Assembly: GCA_964291415.2 (NCBI GenBank)
Contig: OZ219920.1
Span: forward strand, 608,001-672,000
DNA length: 64,000 bases
From: Alphaproteobacteria bacterium
Lineage (GTDB): Bacteria; Pseudomonadota; Alphaproteobacteria; SP197
Direction of reading: 5' to 3'
Part shown: positions 9,730 to 19,892 of the stretch, piece after piece
Layout of the letters: each line of letters opens with the position of its first letter
Numbering within the stretch: position 1 is the stretch's first letter
The notes under the pieces: generated by a model
Told to the model about the DNA's origin: nothing
Database searches by the model: none
What the model saw: only the letters and a program-made list of their open reading frames with translations
Translations under genes and position numbers: made by a program

Positions 9730-10782
9730 GTGATGCACCAGCCTCACTTCGGCAGCGACAACGCTTCCGGCATCGCGCCGGAGGTCTTCGAGGCCCTGGC
9801 GCGATCAAGCGCCGGTGGAGTCGATTCCTATGGTGGCGACGGACTGACCCTTGCCCTCGAGGAGAGGTTTGGCGAGATCTTCGAAACCGACGTTTCCGTC
9901 TTGCCGGTGGGGACGGGGACCATCGCCAATGCGCTGTCTCTGGCGTTTCTCACACCGCCCTGGGGCAGCGTCTTCTGCTACGAGGAGGCCCACATCGTCG
10001 TTGACGAGGCCAATGCACCGGAGTTCTTCACCAGCGGCGCCAAGCTGATCGGTCTCGAGGGTGACCACGGGCGTCTTCACCCGCGTGACTTGCGGCGCGC
10101 GGCTGCATCCTTCGATGCCGATGATGTCCACCATCCGCGTCCCTCGGTGTTGTCCATCACCCAGGCAAGCGAGTGCGGCACACTCTATTCCCCTGACGAT
10201 GTCCGCGCCCTGGGCGACACGGCGCGCGATCTCGGTCTCGCCGTCCACATGGATGGAGCCCGCTTCGCCAACGCGGTTGCCGCCCTCGAATGCCGGCCCG
10301 CCGACATGACCTGGCGGGCCGGTGTCGACGTGCTCTCGTTCGGCGCCACCAAGAATGGCTGTCTGGCGGCCGAGGCCATCATCGTCTTCGGCGACAGGAG
10401 AAAGGACGTTCCCGTCCTGCGCCGTCACCACAAGAGGGCAGGCCAGCTCTTCTCCAAGATGCGCTTCCTTTCGGCCCAGCTTGATGCCTATCTCGACTCC
10501 GGAAACTGGCTGGCATGGGCGGGCAACGCCAATACCCAGGCACGCAGGCTGGCTGACGGTCTCCAGGAGATCGAGGGTGTCCGTCTCCTCCACCCTGTCG
10601 ACGTCAACGAGATCTTCCTCGAGATGCCGCTCGTCATTTTCGAGCGGCTCAGGAGGACTGGATTCGGATTCTATCCCATTCAGCCCACCGACAAGGACAC
10701 CGGTACCGTGCGTCTCGTCACGTCCTTCAACACGTCTCAGGGCGACATCGACCGACTCCTGACCGCCGCCACGACCGCCTGA
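9730..10782 (+). CDS. ltaE: Low-specificity L-threonine aldolase
   Basis: FGSDN start, SITQASECGTLY, HMDGARFANA, and the PLP-lysine motif SFGATKNG. Confidence 0.9.
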   Translation: MMHQPHFGSDNASGIAPEVFEALARSSAGGVDSYGGDGLTLALEERFGEIFETDVSVLPVGTGTIANALSLAFLTPPWGSVFCYEEAHIVVDEANAPEFFTSGAKLIGLEGDHGRLHPRDLRRAAASFDADDVHHPRPSVLSITQASECGTLYSPDDVRALGDTARDLGLAVHMDGARFANAVAALECRPADMTWRAGVDVLSFGATKNGCLAAEAIIVFGDRRKDVPVLRRHHKRAGQLFSKMRFLSAQLDAYLDSGNWLAWAGNANTQARRLADGLQEIEGVRLLHPVDVNEIFLEMPLVIFERLRRTGFGFYPIQPTDKDTGTVRLVTSFNTSQGDIDRLLTAATTA

Positions 10783-10943
10783 TCACGCCTGGCGGTACCG
10801 GCCATATCCGATGGCAACAAGCTCCGCGGTGAACTGACGCGAGTGCTCCTGGTGGAGCAGGCCGCACCGTTTCCATCCATTCGGGGCACCGTGAGATGTC
10901 GCACGATAAGTCCACGGGGCCGGGGCCCAGGCAGAGTTGACTG

Positions 10944-11606
10944 TCACAGCCTGGCTGACAGGAACTCCATCGTGCGGTCCCACGAGGTGCGGGCGCTGGC
11001 GACATCGTAGGCATCGCTCACTTCGTTGAAGAAGGCGTGCTCGGCGTCGTACCGGTGGAGTTCGTGATCGACGCCGCCGGCGTTGAGGTCGGACACCAGA
11101 GCGTCCACGGCTTCGGGCGTGCACCAGTCGTCGATGTTGGCGAAATGGCCCTGGAACGGGATGCGGATGGCCGATGCATCGGCGAATTCCTTTGGCGGAA
11201 TGCCGTAGAATGCGACAGCCACATCGCATTCGGCGACATGAACGGCCGCCGCGATGGTGAGCGCCCCGCCCATGCAGAATCCGGTGACGGCGACGCGGCC
11301 GTTCGACAGGGACTTCAGATGGCCTGCTGCGCCGGCGATGTCCTGGTGGGTAGCTCCCGGGAAGTCGAGCCCCTCCATCATGTGCCCGGCCTCGTCCGCA
11401 TCGCCGGTCACCCTGCCCCGGTAGAGGTCGGGGGCAAGGGCATTGTATCCATGGCGCGCGAAGCGGTCGGCGACACCACAGATCTGATCGTTGAGGCCCC
11501 ACCATTCCTGGAGGACTATGACACCCGGGCGGTCTGCACCTGCTTCGGCCAGCCAGCCCTCGGTGGAACCGCCATCCGGGCGGGAAAAACTGATCATTCG
11601 GCCCAT
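10944..11606 (-). CDS. Dienelactone hydrolase family protein
   Basis: LQEWWGLN, nucleophile GFCMGG, and HAFFN. The GGAGGT RBS precedes ATG 11606. Confidence 0.92.
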   Translation of the reverse strand: MGRMISFSRPDGGSTEGWLAEAGADRPGVIVLQEWWGLNDQICGVADRFARHGYNALAPDLYRGRVTGDADEAGHMMEGLDFPGATHQDIAGAAGHLKSLSNGRVAVTGFCMGGALTIAAAVHVAECDVAVAFYGIPPKEFADASAIRIPFQGHFANIDDWCTPEAVDALVSDLNAGGVDHELHRYDAEHAFFNEVSDAYDVASARTSWDRTMEFLSARL

Positions 11607-11671
11607 CTGGGGACCTCCCTTGTTGTTGTTGTGTTCAATTCTCTCATGTCGGCCGGGATGCGGACAGGGTT

Positions 11672-12809
11672 CTACAGGCCAGGAGGTTCGCGGTAACGGC
11701 CGAACCGCTTCAACACGGCCGTCACCTTGTCCCGGTCGAGTGCCGTTGCCGTGTGCCCGTCCACACCCACCATCTCCTCGCTGACCGCCAGGACATTCAT
11801 GATGGCCTCGTCGACCGCCTGGATGACGGCTTCGAAGAAGGGATCGAGCCATTGGTCGGGAATGATGGCGAGTTCGAGGTAAGGGGCGTCCTTCCCGAGG
11901 GCATCGGATCCTGCCGTCGTGAAGGCAAGGAAGATGTCCCCTGATCCATGGCCGGAAGTCGAACCGCCGCGGCCCACGCCCAGCGACACGCGCCGGGCGA
12001 GACGTTTCAGCTGGTGGGAGACCAACGGCGCATCGGTCGCCACCACGGCAATGATCGATCCTCTTTCCATTGCGTAGGGGTCAGGGCCCGGGAGGTGTTC
12101 GGCCATCGGGATGCCGGCGATCACGAGTTGTGACCTGAGGCCGAAGTTCGCCTGAACGAATGCTCCGACGGTGTAGGGCGTTCCTTCGTGGGTCACCCGG
12201 CGCGAGGCCGTTCCCGATCCGCCCTTCATCCCGTAGAGCATCATGCCGGTGCCGCCTCCGACACTGCCCTCCTCGAGGGGCCCCCCCTGCCGCGGAGTCG
12301 ATCGCCTCGAAGACGTGCTCCCGCTTGACGTGAAAGCCGTTGATGTCGTTCAGCCAGCCATCATAGGTCTCACCGGCGACAGGCAATCCCCAGTCGGCGC
12401 CTTCTCCGTAGGCATCGAAGCGGCGGTTCAGCCACTCGATTGTGGCATCGCGGGCGACACCACAGGAGTGAGTGTTGGTGATGGTGATCGGACCGTCGCT
12501 GTGCCCGACTTCGTCAATCCACCAGCTTCCCGTGAGCTCGCCATTGCCGTTGAGGCTGAACTGGCCGGTCCAGACCGGGAGACTGGCCCTGGCCTTGCCT
12601 CGCGGGATGATGGCCGTGACTCCCGTGCGCACAGGCCCGGAGCCGACGACAAGAGGGCCGCCTTCGCCGCGAATGAGTGTCGCGTACCCGACCTCGACGC
12701 CGCCGACGTCGGTGATGGCGTTGAACGGCCCCGGACAGCCTTCGAAGGGAATCCCCAGCGCCCGGGCTCGTGGCTTTCCGGAAGGCGTGGCGAGAAGGGG
12801 AGAGGTCAT
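11672..12809 (-). pseudogene. dmpA: DmpA/P1 (S58) family aminopeptidase, +1 frameshift in a G7 run at 12281..12287
   Basis: NAITDVGGVEVG, SLNGNGELTG and ETYDGWLNDI in 12081..12809. KGGSGTASR, GSIIAVVATDAP and SGDIFLAF in 11672..12244. Removing one G joins the two frames. A sequencing error is possible. Confidence 0.85.
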
Positions 12810-12856
12810 GGACCCGATCCATTCATCGGTGCTGGCTCCTGCGGTGCGTTACCAGT

Positions 12857-14908
12857 TCAGGACCCATCGCGTATGGGTCGCGTGACATCGTCCAGCCAGG
12901 CGGCTGTCCCGGGATCGACCAGGGGCTTCAGGGTTTCGCGAACGTCCGCGTGATAGGCATCAAGCCAGTCGGCTTCCTCATCACTCAGGTCGTCGGCATT
13001 CACCAGGCGCCGGTCGATCGGCGCCCTGGTGAGTGTCGAGAAACGGAGCATGGGCCGCTCCCCCGGCTCATTGTCCTCTTCCACCACAACGAGGTTCTCG
13101 ATCCTGATACCCCAGGCGCCGGCACGGTAGTAGCCGGGTTCGTTGGAGAGGACCATGCCCGGTTCAAGAGCAGTGTGACCGCGCTTGGAAATGTTCTGCG
13201 GACCTTCGTGGACTCCAAGGTGGCTGCCGACACCATGACCCGTGCCGTGATCATAGTCGGCGCCGAGTTTCCAAAGCGGCGTGCGCGCCAGGGTGTCGAT
13301 GGCCGCTCCGGTCGTGCCTTTGGGAAAGCGCGCCGTGGCGATTGCGATGTGACCCTTGAGCACGGCCGTGAAGTGGCTCTGGTGTTCCTCGCGCGGTTCG
13401 CCGATTGCGATGGTGCGCGTGACATCGGTTGTGCCATCCGGATACTGGCCGCCTGAATCGACCAGGTAGAGAGAACCGGCCTCGAAGGTGCGGTTCGTGG
13501 CATCGCTGGACCGGTAGTGCACCACTGCGCCGTTGGGCCCAAATCCCGATATCGTGTCAAAGCTGTTTCCCCGATAGCCGTCCACGCGCCGCCGACACGT
13601 CTCCAACACCCTCTCGGCCGTCATCTCGTCAACCGTCTCGTTGCTTCCCGGACGGGTTGAGCGATCGAGCCAGCAAAGAAAGGTTGCGAGGGCCGCGCCG
13701 TCGCGAACATGGCAGTTGGCCATGCCGGAGACTTCGGTAGCGTTCTTGATGGCTCGGGGAAGGGCGCACGGATCCTGTTCGACCACGGCCGTGCCCCCGG
13801 CCGCCTCGATGCATTCGTGCAACCACGCGGCACCGGACTGGCGGTCGACAACGATGTTTGCACCGTTTGCAGCGAGTTGGGCCAGTCCATCTGCAAGCTC
13901 GTCTGGAGACTGCACGGCGACATTGTCCGGGAGCCAGGCGACGGCCTCCCGTGTGAACTTCCTGCGGTCGGCGAAGAGACTGACCGAACCATCCTTGCGG
14001 ATGATGGCGAAGCCGAGACATACCGGTGTTCCCGGGAGGTCGCCGCCACGGATGTTGAGCAGCCAGGCAATCGATGTCGGATCGGAGATCACCGCACCGT
14101 CACGGCCCTTCGCCGTGAGTGTTTCAGCGATCCTGTCGATCTTCGACGCGGCGGTTTCACCGGCGAATTCGAGAGGGTGGACCCGGACCGGAGACAGGGG
14201 GGGAGGGGGCTGATTGGTCCAGATCTGGTCCACCGGGTTGCTGGCGCAGGGCACCAGTACGCCGCCTGCCTTGTTCGCCGCATCCCGGAACATGTCGACT
14301 TCGACGCGGCCGTGCAACCACGGATCATAGCCAAGCCTGCCGCCTGCCAGATGAGCGGCAATCCAGTCCGACGGTGGTTCGTTCATCACATGCCGGAATT
14401 CGTAGTCGGCGCCGTTCACCTGAGTCCTGACCTGGAGCGTGTAGCGCCCGTCGACGAAGATGGCGGCCTTGTCGCTCAGCACTACGGCGATACCGGCCGA
14501 ACCGCTGAATCCCGTCAGCCATGCCAGCCGCTCGCTCCGCAGGGGAAGCATCTCGTCCTGATGTTCATCGGCATGCGGTACGACGACACCGTCCAACCCG
14601 GTCCGCCGCAGCTCGTCGCGCAGGGCCTTCAGGCGCCAGGCCGGCGCCGGAACCTCGAGGCCGCTGGAGGTTCTCTTCGCGAGATCCTGCTTCAGTGCCC
14701 GGAGTTGCTGTGCCAGATCATCGTCCGGTGATTCAGCCACCAGGCCCAGCCACAGGTCCGGGTCGACGTCCTCCGGAGCCGCGAGAACGCCGGCGATCAG
14801 GCTGCGGACCTCGGTGACGGTCTTGCCGGTGCGCTCACGCGCCAACATCCGGGCAAGGTAGCTGTCGCCCAGGTAGCGGGCTGGATCAACGGCATCGGAA
14901 CGGGTCAT
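12857..14908 (-). CDS. pepP: Xaa-Pro aminopeptidase (aminopeptidase P, M24B) with N-terminal extension
   Basis: WLTGFSGSAG, DSGGQYPDGTTDVTRT, HGTGHGVG...VHEGP, and SNEPGYY...GIRIEN. Confidence 0.93.
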   Translation of the reverse strand: MTRSDAVDPARYLGDSYLARMLARERTGKTVTEVRSLIAGVLAAPEDVDPDLWLGLVAESPDDDLAQQLRALKQDLAKRTSSGLEVPAPAWRLKALRDELRRTGLDGVVVPHADEHQDEMLPLRSERLAWLTGFSGSAGIAVVLSDKAAIFVDGRYTLQVRTQVNGADYEFRHVMNEPPSDWIAAHLAGGRLGYDPWLHGRVEVDMFRDAANKAGGVLVPCASNPVDQIWTNQPPPPLSPVRVHPLEFAGETAASKIDRIAETLTAKGRDGAVISDPTSIAWLLNIRGGDLPGTPVCLGFAIIRKDGSVSLFADRRKFTREAVAWLPDNVAVQSPDELADGLAQLAANGANIVVDRQSGAAWLHECIEAAGGTAVVEQDPCALPRAIKNATEVSGMANCHVRDGAALATFLCWLDRSTRPGSNETVDEMTAERVLETCRRRVDGYRGNSFDTISGFGPNGAVVHYRSSDATNRTFEAGSLYLVDSGGQYPDGTTDVTRTIAIGEPREEHQSHFTAVLKGHIAIATARFPKGTTGAAIDTLARTPLWKLGADYDHGTGHGVGSHLGVHEGPQNISKRGHTALEPGMVLSNEPGYYRAGAWGIRIENLVVVEEDNEPGERPMLRFSTLTRAPIDRRLVNADDLSDEEADWLDAYHADVRETLKPLVDPGTAAWLDDVTRPIRDGS

Positions 14909-14980
14909 GATGGTGCGGCTTCCAGTCTCCTGGTTGAGGATAGTGGGGACGCGGATGGACTGGCAACAGGGCCACGATGA

Positions 14981-15688
14981 ATGATGGACATGCTCCGGCT
15001 CACCTTGCGGCAAAGACTGACCTGGTCTGCGCACCTCTGGAAGGCTCTCGTGCGCCGGCATCACCTCGAGATGCTCCCCCAATTCCGGCCCTTCATTCCG
15101 ACGGACGGTGTCGTGCTCGATGTGGGAGCCCATGCCGGACAGTTCACGAAGCTCTTCGCCGCGATGGTTCCAGGGGGCCATGTGCATGCCTTCGAGCCCG
15201 GCTCCTACGCCCTCTCGATCCTGCGGACCGTGGTGTCGTTCAGGAGGTTGTCGAATGTCACCGTTCATGCCTGTGGTCTCGGCGACACGTCGCAGGCTGG
15301 TGTCCTCAACGTGCCCATCAAGGAATCCGGCAGCGTCGGTTTCGGGCTGAGCTTCGTCGGCGACTCTCAGGCGCGGGAGCGGCGGGCATTGACCGAACAC
15401 ATCGCCATCAAACGGCTCGATGAGGTCGTGATGGAGTGCGGCATGACACGTGTCGACTTCATCAAGGTGGATATCGAGGGCTCCGAAATGCGCATGCTGG
15501 CAGGCGCCAGGGAGACGCTTTCAAGATTCTCCCCGGCACTCTACATCGAGCTGGTGAACGGGCACCTTGCCCGGCGTGGCGACAGCATAGAGAAGCTGAC
15601 GGGCTACCTTGGTGGTCTGGGCTACAGACCGGTCGGAGGGCCCTGCACCCAGGAAGGCAATCAGCTGTTCACAAGGTCCAGTTCGTGA
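14981..15688 (+). CDS. FkbM family methyltransferase
   Basis: LDVGAHAG, HAFEP, and DFIKVDIEGSE. Confidence 0.9.
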   Translation: MMDMLRLTLRQRLTWSAHLWKALVRRHHLEMLPQFRPFIPTDGVVLDVGAHAGQFTKLFAAMVPGGHVHAFEPGSYALSILRTVVSFRRLSNVTVHACGLGDTSQAGVLNVPIKESGSVGFGLSFVGDSQARERRALTEHIAIKRLDEVVMECGMTRVDFIKVDIEGSEMRMLAGARETLSRFSPALYIELVNGHLARRGDSIEKLTGYLGGLGYRPVGGPCTQEGNQLFTRSSS

Positions 15689-15722
15689 GCCGTTCCATGA
15701 CAAGAGATCCGAAGGCCAGTTG

Positions 15723-17906
15723 ATGAACGAACGGGGTCAGGACAGGCAAGAAGAAGTGATTGCCGGCGTTGTCGAGCACATCTTCTTTCACAGCGAGGAC
15801 AGCGGCTTTTGCGTGATCCGGTCCAAGATCAGGGGCCTGCGTCATCCTGTCACCGTCGTTGGTCGTGCCGCCTCTGTGGCGCCCGGTGAATGGCTGACCG
15901 CAAGCGGTTCCTGGGAGAACGACCGCAATTATGGTCGGCAGTTCCGTGCCCGCTTCATGAGACTGTCCGCCCCGACCACGGCTGATGGCATCGAGAAGTA
16001 CTTTGCATCCGGGACGGTGAGGGGGATTGGCCAGGTCTATGCCCGAAAGCTGGTTCGCGCCTTTGGCGATCGATTGTTCGACATCATCGAGACAGAACCG
16101 GAGCGGCTTGAGGACATCCCGGGCATTGGACCAAAGCGTGTCGAGCGGATCGTCGAGGCGTGGGCAGAACAAAAGGCGGTTCGCGAAATCATGGTTTTCC
16201 TTCACAGCCATGGCGTCGGCGCCACGAGGGCGTTCCGCATCTACAAGACCTACGGGAACGATGCCCTGCAGATCATGTCGGAAAACCCCTACCGGCTAGC
16301 CCGCGACATCCGAGGCATCGGTTTCACGACGGCCGATGCGATTGCCATGAAACTCGGCATCCCTCCGGACGCCATGGTGCGCCTTCGCGCCGGCGTGAAC
16401 CACGCGCTTTCCGAGGCCGCGAGCGAAGGGCACTGCGGTCTTCCTGTCGAGGAACTCGTGTCGGTCACGGTGGAACTCCTCGCGTGTCCTGAACCGCTGG
16501 TGCGCGAGGCACTCGACCTTGAGATCACTGAAGGCAGGGTTGTTCCGGATCGGATCGGCGAAAACGACTGTGTTTTCCCGGCCGGTCTCCACTACGCCGA
16601 GACAGGAATTGCTCGGATGCTGGTCGACCTCCTTGAGCGCCCGTCGCCCTGGCCGGCAATCGATGCCGGCAAGGCGATTCCCTGGGTCGAGGGGCGTACC
16701 GGCATTGAACTGGCGGCAAGCCAGAAGGAGGCAGTGAGAGACGCCCTGGCGGCCAAGGTCATGGTCATCACCGGAGGTCCGGGTGTCGGCAAGACGACCA
16801 TAGTCAACGCCATCCTCGCCATTCTTGCCGTCAGAAAGGTGAAGGTTCTGCTTGCCGCTCCGACCGGGCGGGCGGCGAAACGGATGAGCGAGACAACGGG
16901 CATGGAGGCGAAGACCATTCATCGCCTTCTCGAGATCGACCCCCGCAACGGCCGATTCCGGCGCAATGCGGATGACCCCCTGGAGTGCACCCTTCTCGTC
17001 GTGGACGAGATGTCCATGGTCGATGTGCCCTTGATGCATGCCCTCCTTGCAGCCTTGCCGAAGGAGGCTGCGTTTCTGGCCGTCGGGGACGTCGACCAGC
17101 TGCCGTCCGTGGGTCCCGGCAAGGTCCTTGGTGACATGATCGACAGCGGACGTATCCCGGTGACCCGCCTCCACGAAGTGTTTCGCCAGGCAGGGCAGAG
17201 CCGCATCGTCATGAATGCCCACAGGGTCAACGACGGGATCATGCCCGATCTTGACGCCCCGGACAGCGCCAGCGACTTCTACTTCGTGCCCGCCGAGAAC
17301 CCTGCCATCGCGGTCGATCGCCTCGTGAAGGTTGTCTGCAACCGCGTACCCAAACGGTTCGGTGCGGATCCGGTACGAGACGTCCAGGTCCTGTGTCCCA
17401 TGAACCGCGGAGCCGTTGGCGCCGTTTCGCTCAACACCGAACTGCAGCGCGCCCTCAATCCGGCAAGAACTGACGTCATCGAGAAGTTCGACCGATCCTT
17501 TGCGCCCGGCGACAAGGTGATGCAAGTCGAGAACGACTATGACAGGGAGGTCTACAACGGCGACATCGGCCATGTCGATCAGGTGTCCCAGGAAGAGGGA
17601 ACAGTCACCGTGGCCTTCGATGGCCGCCTGGTGACCTACCATTCCGCCGATCTCGACTCCCTGGTTCCAGCCTACGCCGTCACCATTCACAAAAGTCAGG
17701 GATCCGAATACCCCGTCGTCGTCATCCCCATCCTCACCCAGCACTACGCCATGTTGCGCCGCAATCTCCTCTACACCGGCATCACCCGCGGCCGCCAGTT
17801 GGTCGTCCTCGTCGGCCAGCACAAGGCCATCGCCATCGCCGTCCGTGATTCCGCGGGCAGCCATCGCTGGACACGCCTTGCTGGCATCATGATCAACAGC
17901 GTATAG
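15723..17906 (+). CDS. recD2: RecD2-like ATP-dependent SF1B helicase
   Basis: N-terminal OB/HhH region, ENPYRLARDIRGIGF, GGPGVGKTT, VDEMSM, GDVDQLPSVG, and TIHKSQGSEY. Confidence 0.95.
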   Translation: MNERGQDRQEEVIAGVVEHIFFHSEDSGFCVIRSKIRGLRHPVTVVGRAASVAPGEWLTASGSWENDRNYGRQFRARFMRLSAPTTADGIEKYFASGTVRGIGQVYARKLVRAFGDRLFDIIETEPERLEDIPGIGPKRVERIVEAWAEQKAVREIMVFLHSHGVGATRAFRIYKTYGNDALQIMSENPYRLARDIRGIGFTTADAIAMKLGIPPDAMVRLRAGVNHALSEAASEGHCGLPVEELVSVTVELLACPEPLVREALDLEITEGRVVPDRIGENDCVFPAGLHYAETGIARMLVDLLERPSPWPAIDAGKAIPWVEGRTGIELAASQKEAVRDALAAKVMVITGGPGVGKTTIVNAILAILAVRKVKVLLAAPTGRAAKRMSETTGMEAKTIHRLLEIDPRNGRFRRNADDPLECTLLVVDEMSMVDVPLMHALLAALPKEAAFLAVGDVDQLPSVGPGKVLGDMIDSGRIPVTRLHEVFRQAGQSRIVMNAHRVNDGIMPDLDAPDSASDFYFVPAENPAIAVDRLVKVVCNRVPKRFGADPVRDVQVLCPMNRGAVGAVSLNTELQRALNPARTDVIEKFDRSFAPGDKVMQVENDYDREVYNGDIGHVDQVSQEEGTVTVAFDGRLVTYHSADLDSLVPAYAVTIHKSQGSEYPVVVIPILTQHYAMLRRNLLYTGITRGRQLVVLVGQHKAIAIAVRDSAGSHRWTRLAGIMINSV

Positions 17907-17953
17907 TCCCTTCCACATGAAAGTAAGCGTGTCTGAGTTAGAACCGCCTATAG

Positions 17954-18760
17954 ATGAAGCCCTCAAGTCATGGCTGCTCAAGAGACTCATCCGATCATGA
18001 CTCATGGGGTGAGTCACATTCAGGATTGTTCATTGCAAGCGTCGTTCATCCAGCAGAGGACTATGCAACATTGAAGCGCTTGCTTAGCAGGCTGATACGT
18101 CCCTTCGGTCTACGCGTCGTAGAAGCTTACCATACACAACCGGTGTACTTTCACGACTATCCCGGAGGCTACAAGCAGTATCGAGAAGTGCAAATCCGGC
18201 ACAACAGGCGTAAACTCGACCACGTATGGGCCGATGAATACACGCTGAAGGCGATCGAGAACAATCTCCGCACTCATGGCCTCGGACGCACCGGCATCTG
18301 TCACGGCGCACGCAATGGCTTCGAAGTCATGTGGTTCCGGGAACATCTGTCGGGAGACATAGTCGGCACTGATATGGCCGAGACTGCGTCCCAATTTCCT
18401 CACATGCATGTTTGGGATTTTCATGACGACAATCCCGAATGGATGAGAAAGTTTGACTTTGTTTACAGCAACTCACTCGATCAGGCCTTGAACCCGGCTC
18501 GCGCCCTGGATGCATGGGCCAGACAACTCACTCCGAGGGGACGCATGTACATTGAGCACACGATGGCTCATTCGGTGGAAGGTGCCGGCGAAATGGACCC
18601 TTTTGGAGCTCACCCGATGGTGATGCCCTATTTGTTTTTTGTCTGGGCCCGCGAGGGAGAACGATATCATCTGGATGCGATCTTGGAGATAGATGCCAAG
18701 CAGAACAACGGCATGCAGGTGTGGGTCTTCGTACTGGTTCTGGACTCGCAACCGGTGTAG
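17954..18760 (+). CDS. Putative class I SAM-dependent methyltransferase-like protein (true start probably near 18071)
   Basis: GICHGARNGFE and FDFVYSNSLDQ resemble SAM-binding motifs. Located in a glycan-modification cluster. Confidence 0.6.
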   Translation: MKPSSHGCSRDSSDHDSWGESHSGLFIASVVHPAEDYATLKRLLSRLIRPFGLRVVEAYHTQPVYFHDYPGGYKQYREVQIRHNRRKLDHVWADEYTLKAIENNLRTHGLGRTGICHGARNGFEVMWFREHLSGDIVGTDMAETASQFPHMHVWDFHDDNPEWMRKFDFVYSNSLDQALNPARALDAWARQLTPRGRMYIEHTMAHSVEGAGEMDPFGAHPMVMPYLFFVWAREGERYHLDAILEIDAKQNNGMQVWVFVLVLDSQPV

Positions 18761-18781
18761 AGAGCGATCTGGATCGGCGAA

Positions 18782-19510
18782 TTGCATGTTGCATATGTAA
18801 CTGATTCAGCCACAAGCAAGAGTTGTCATGTGATGCAGCGACTCAAGTATCGCCTCCTGCAGCACCTTCCCGGACGACATGGGTGCCGCTACTCCCGCAA
18901 GTACAAGTCCGTTCTGGCACTTGACGAGTTTGAAGCTGCCGTTGCCCGGTCTGCTGGGAAAACATGCATTGATCTTGGCGCCAATGTCGGTCACTACACG
19001 CGGAAGATGGCGATGGTGGCAAGGGAGGTAATCGCTTTCGAGCCTGATCCGTGGGCAGTTGAGCAACTTCGATACAATCTCGGTGCGTTTCCCAACGTTC
19101 GAGTCGAGGAAGCAGCGGTAAGCACTCGAAGTGGGGTAGGCGTACTTTGGCGCCGCGCCCAGTTTTCTGATGATCCGCGTGGACATTCAGCTTCTAGTTC
19201 GCTAGTGAAGAGAAAAATCCAACCGATCAGCCCCAATCAATCAGTGGTGGTTACTTTGGTAAATTTCGTCGAGTATCTCGATGGCCTGAATCCGAATTCG
19301 GATATCGGTGTGGTGAAGATGGACATTGAAGGAGAGGAGCTTGATATCCTGGATGCGTTGCTGTGCAGGCATGACCTTCTCACTCGAATGGACTCCATCT
19401 TTGTCGAGACACACGAACGACAAATCCCGGACCAGAAAGATCGTGTGTTGGAGTTGAAGACAAGAGTTACGAATGTATCTCGCCCACGGATTAATCTTGA
19501 TTGGCATTGA
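18782..19510 (+). CDS. FkbM family methyltransferase (start may be ~18833)
   Basis: IDLGANVG, IAFEPDP, KMDIEGEE, and FVETHE. Confidence 0.88.
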   Translation: MHVAYVTDSATSKSCHVMQRLKYRLLQHLPGRHGCRYSRKYKSVLALDEFEAAVARSAGKTCIDLGANVGHYTRKMAMVAREVIAFEPDPWAVEQLRYNLGAFPNVRVEEAAVSTRSGVGVLWRRAQFSDDPRGHSASSSLVKRKIQPISPNQSVVVTLVNFVEYLDGLNPNSDIGVVKMDIEGEELDILDALLCRHDLLTRMDSIFVETHERQIPDQKDRVLELKTRVTNVSRPRINLDWH

Positions 19511-19892
19511 TGAGTTATGACTGCTACGAAGCAACTGTGTACACAGGGGATTGCTATCTCGCAGCTGCGCAGTATCGAGCGTGGGACGTTGTCCCAGACC
19601 GGCTTGACGGTGGAACGCTGGCGGGCAGGTCGTGCATGGGACGCTTGTGATTTAGCTTCACTTCAGAGTTGCGGACGGAATGTGGTCCGGCACAAGAGTG
19701 GGGATGGCATGTCCATGACTGGGAGGAGGAAACCCTTGCTGTCTGGAAGCTTCCTGATCTTGGACTGTTCAAGGGATTTCTTTTGATCTTAAAACATGGA
19801 ACATCGAGAAGGCGAAGTTCCACAAATCTTGCGAGTGGGTTCTTGTCTTGGATACTTTGGTGCCGCCACAGCCGCAGTAGCTGGAACTAGCA

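Noticed and set aside
14909-15400. Extended N-terminus of the 847 aa pepP ORF
   Set aside because: Overlaps the FkbM gene on the opposite strand. ATG 14908 is the plausible start.
19517-19890. Short overlapping ORFs between FkbM and GT61
   Set aside because: No motifs. Possibly a decayed gene, but unsupported.
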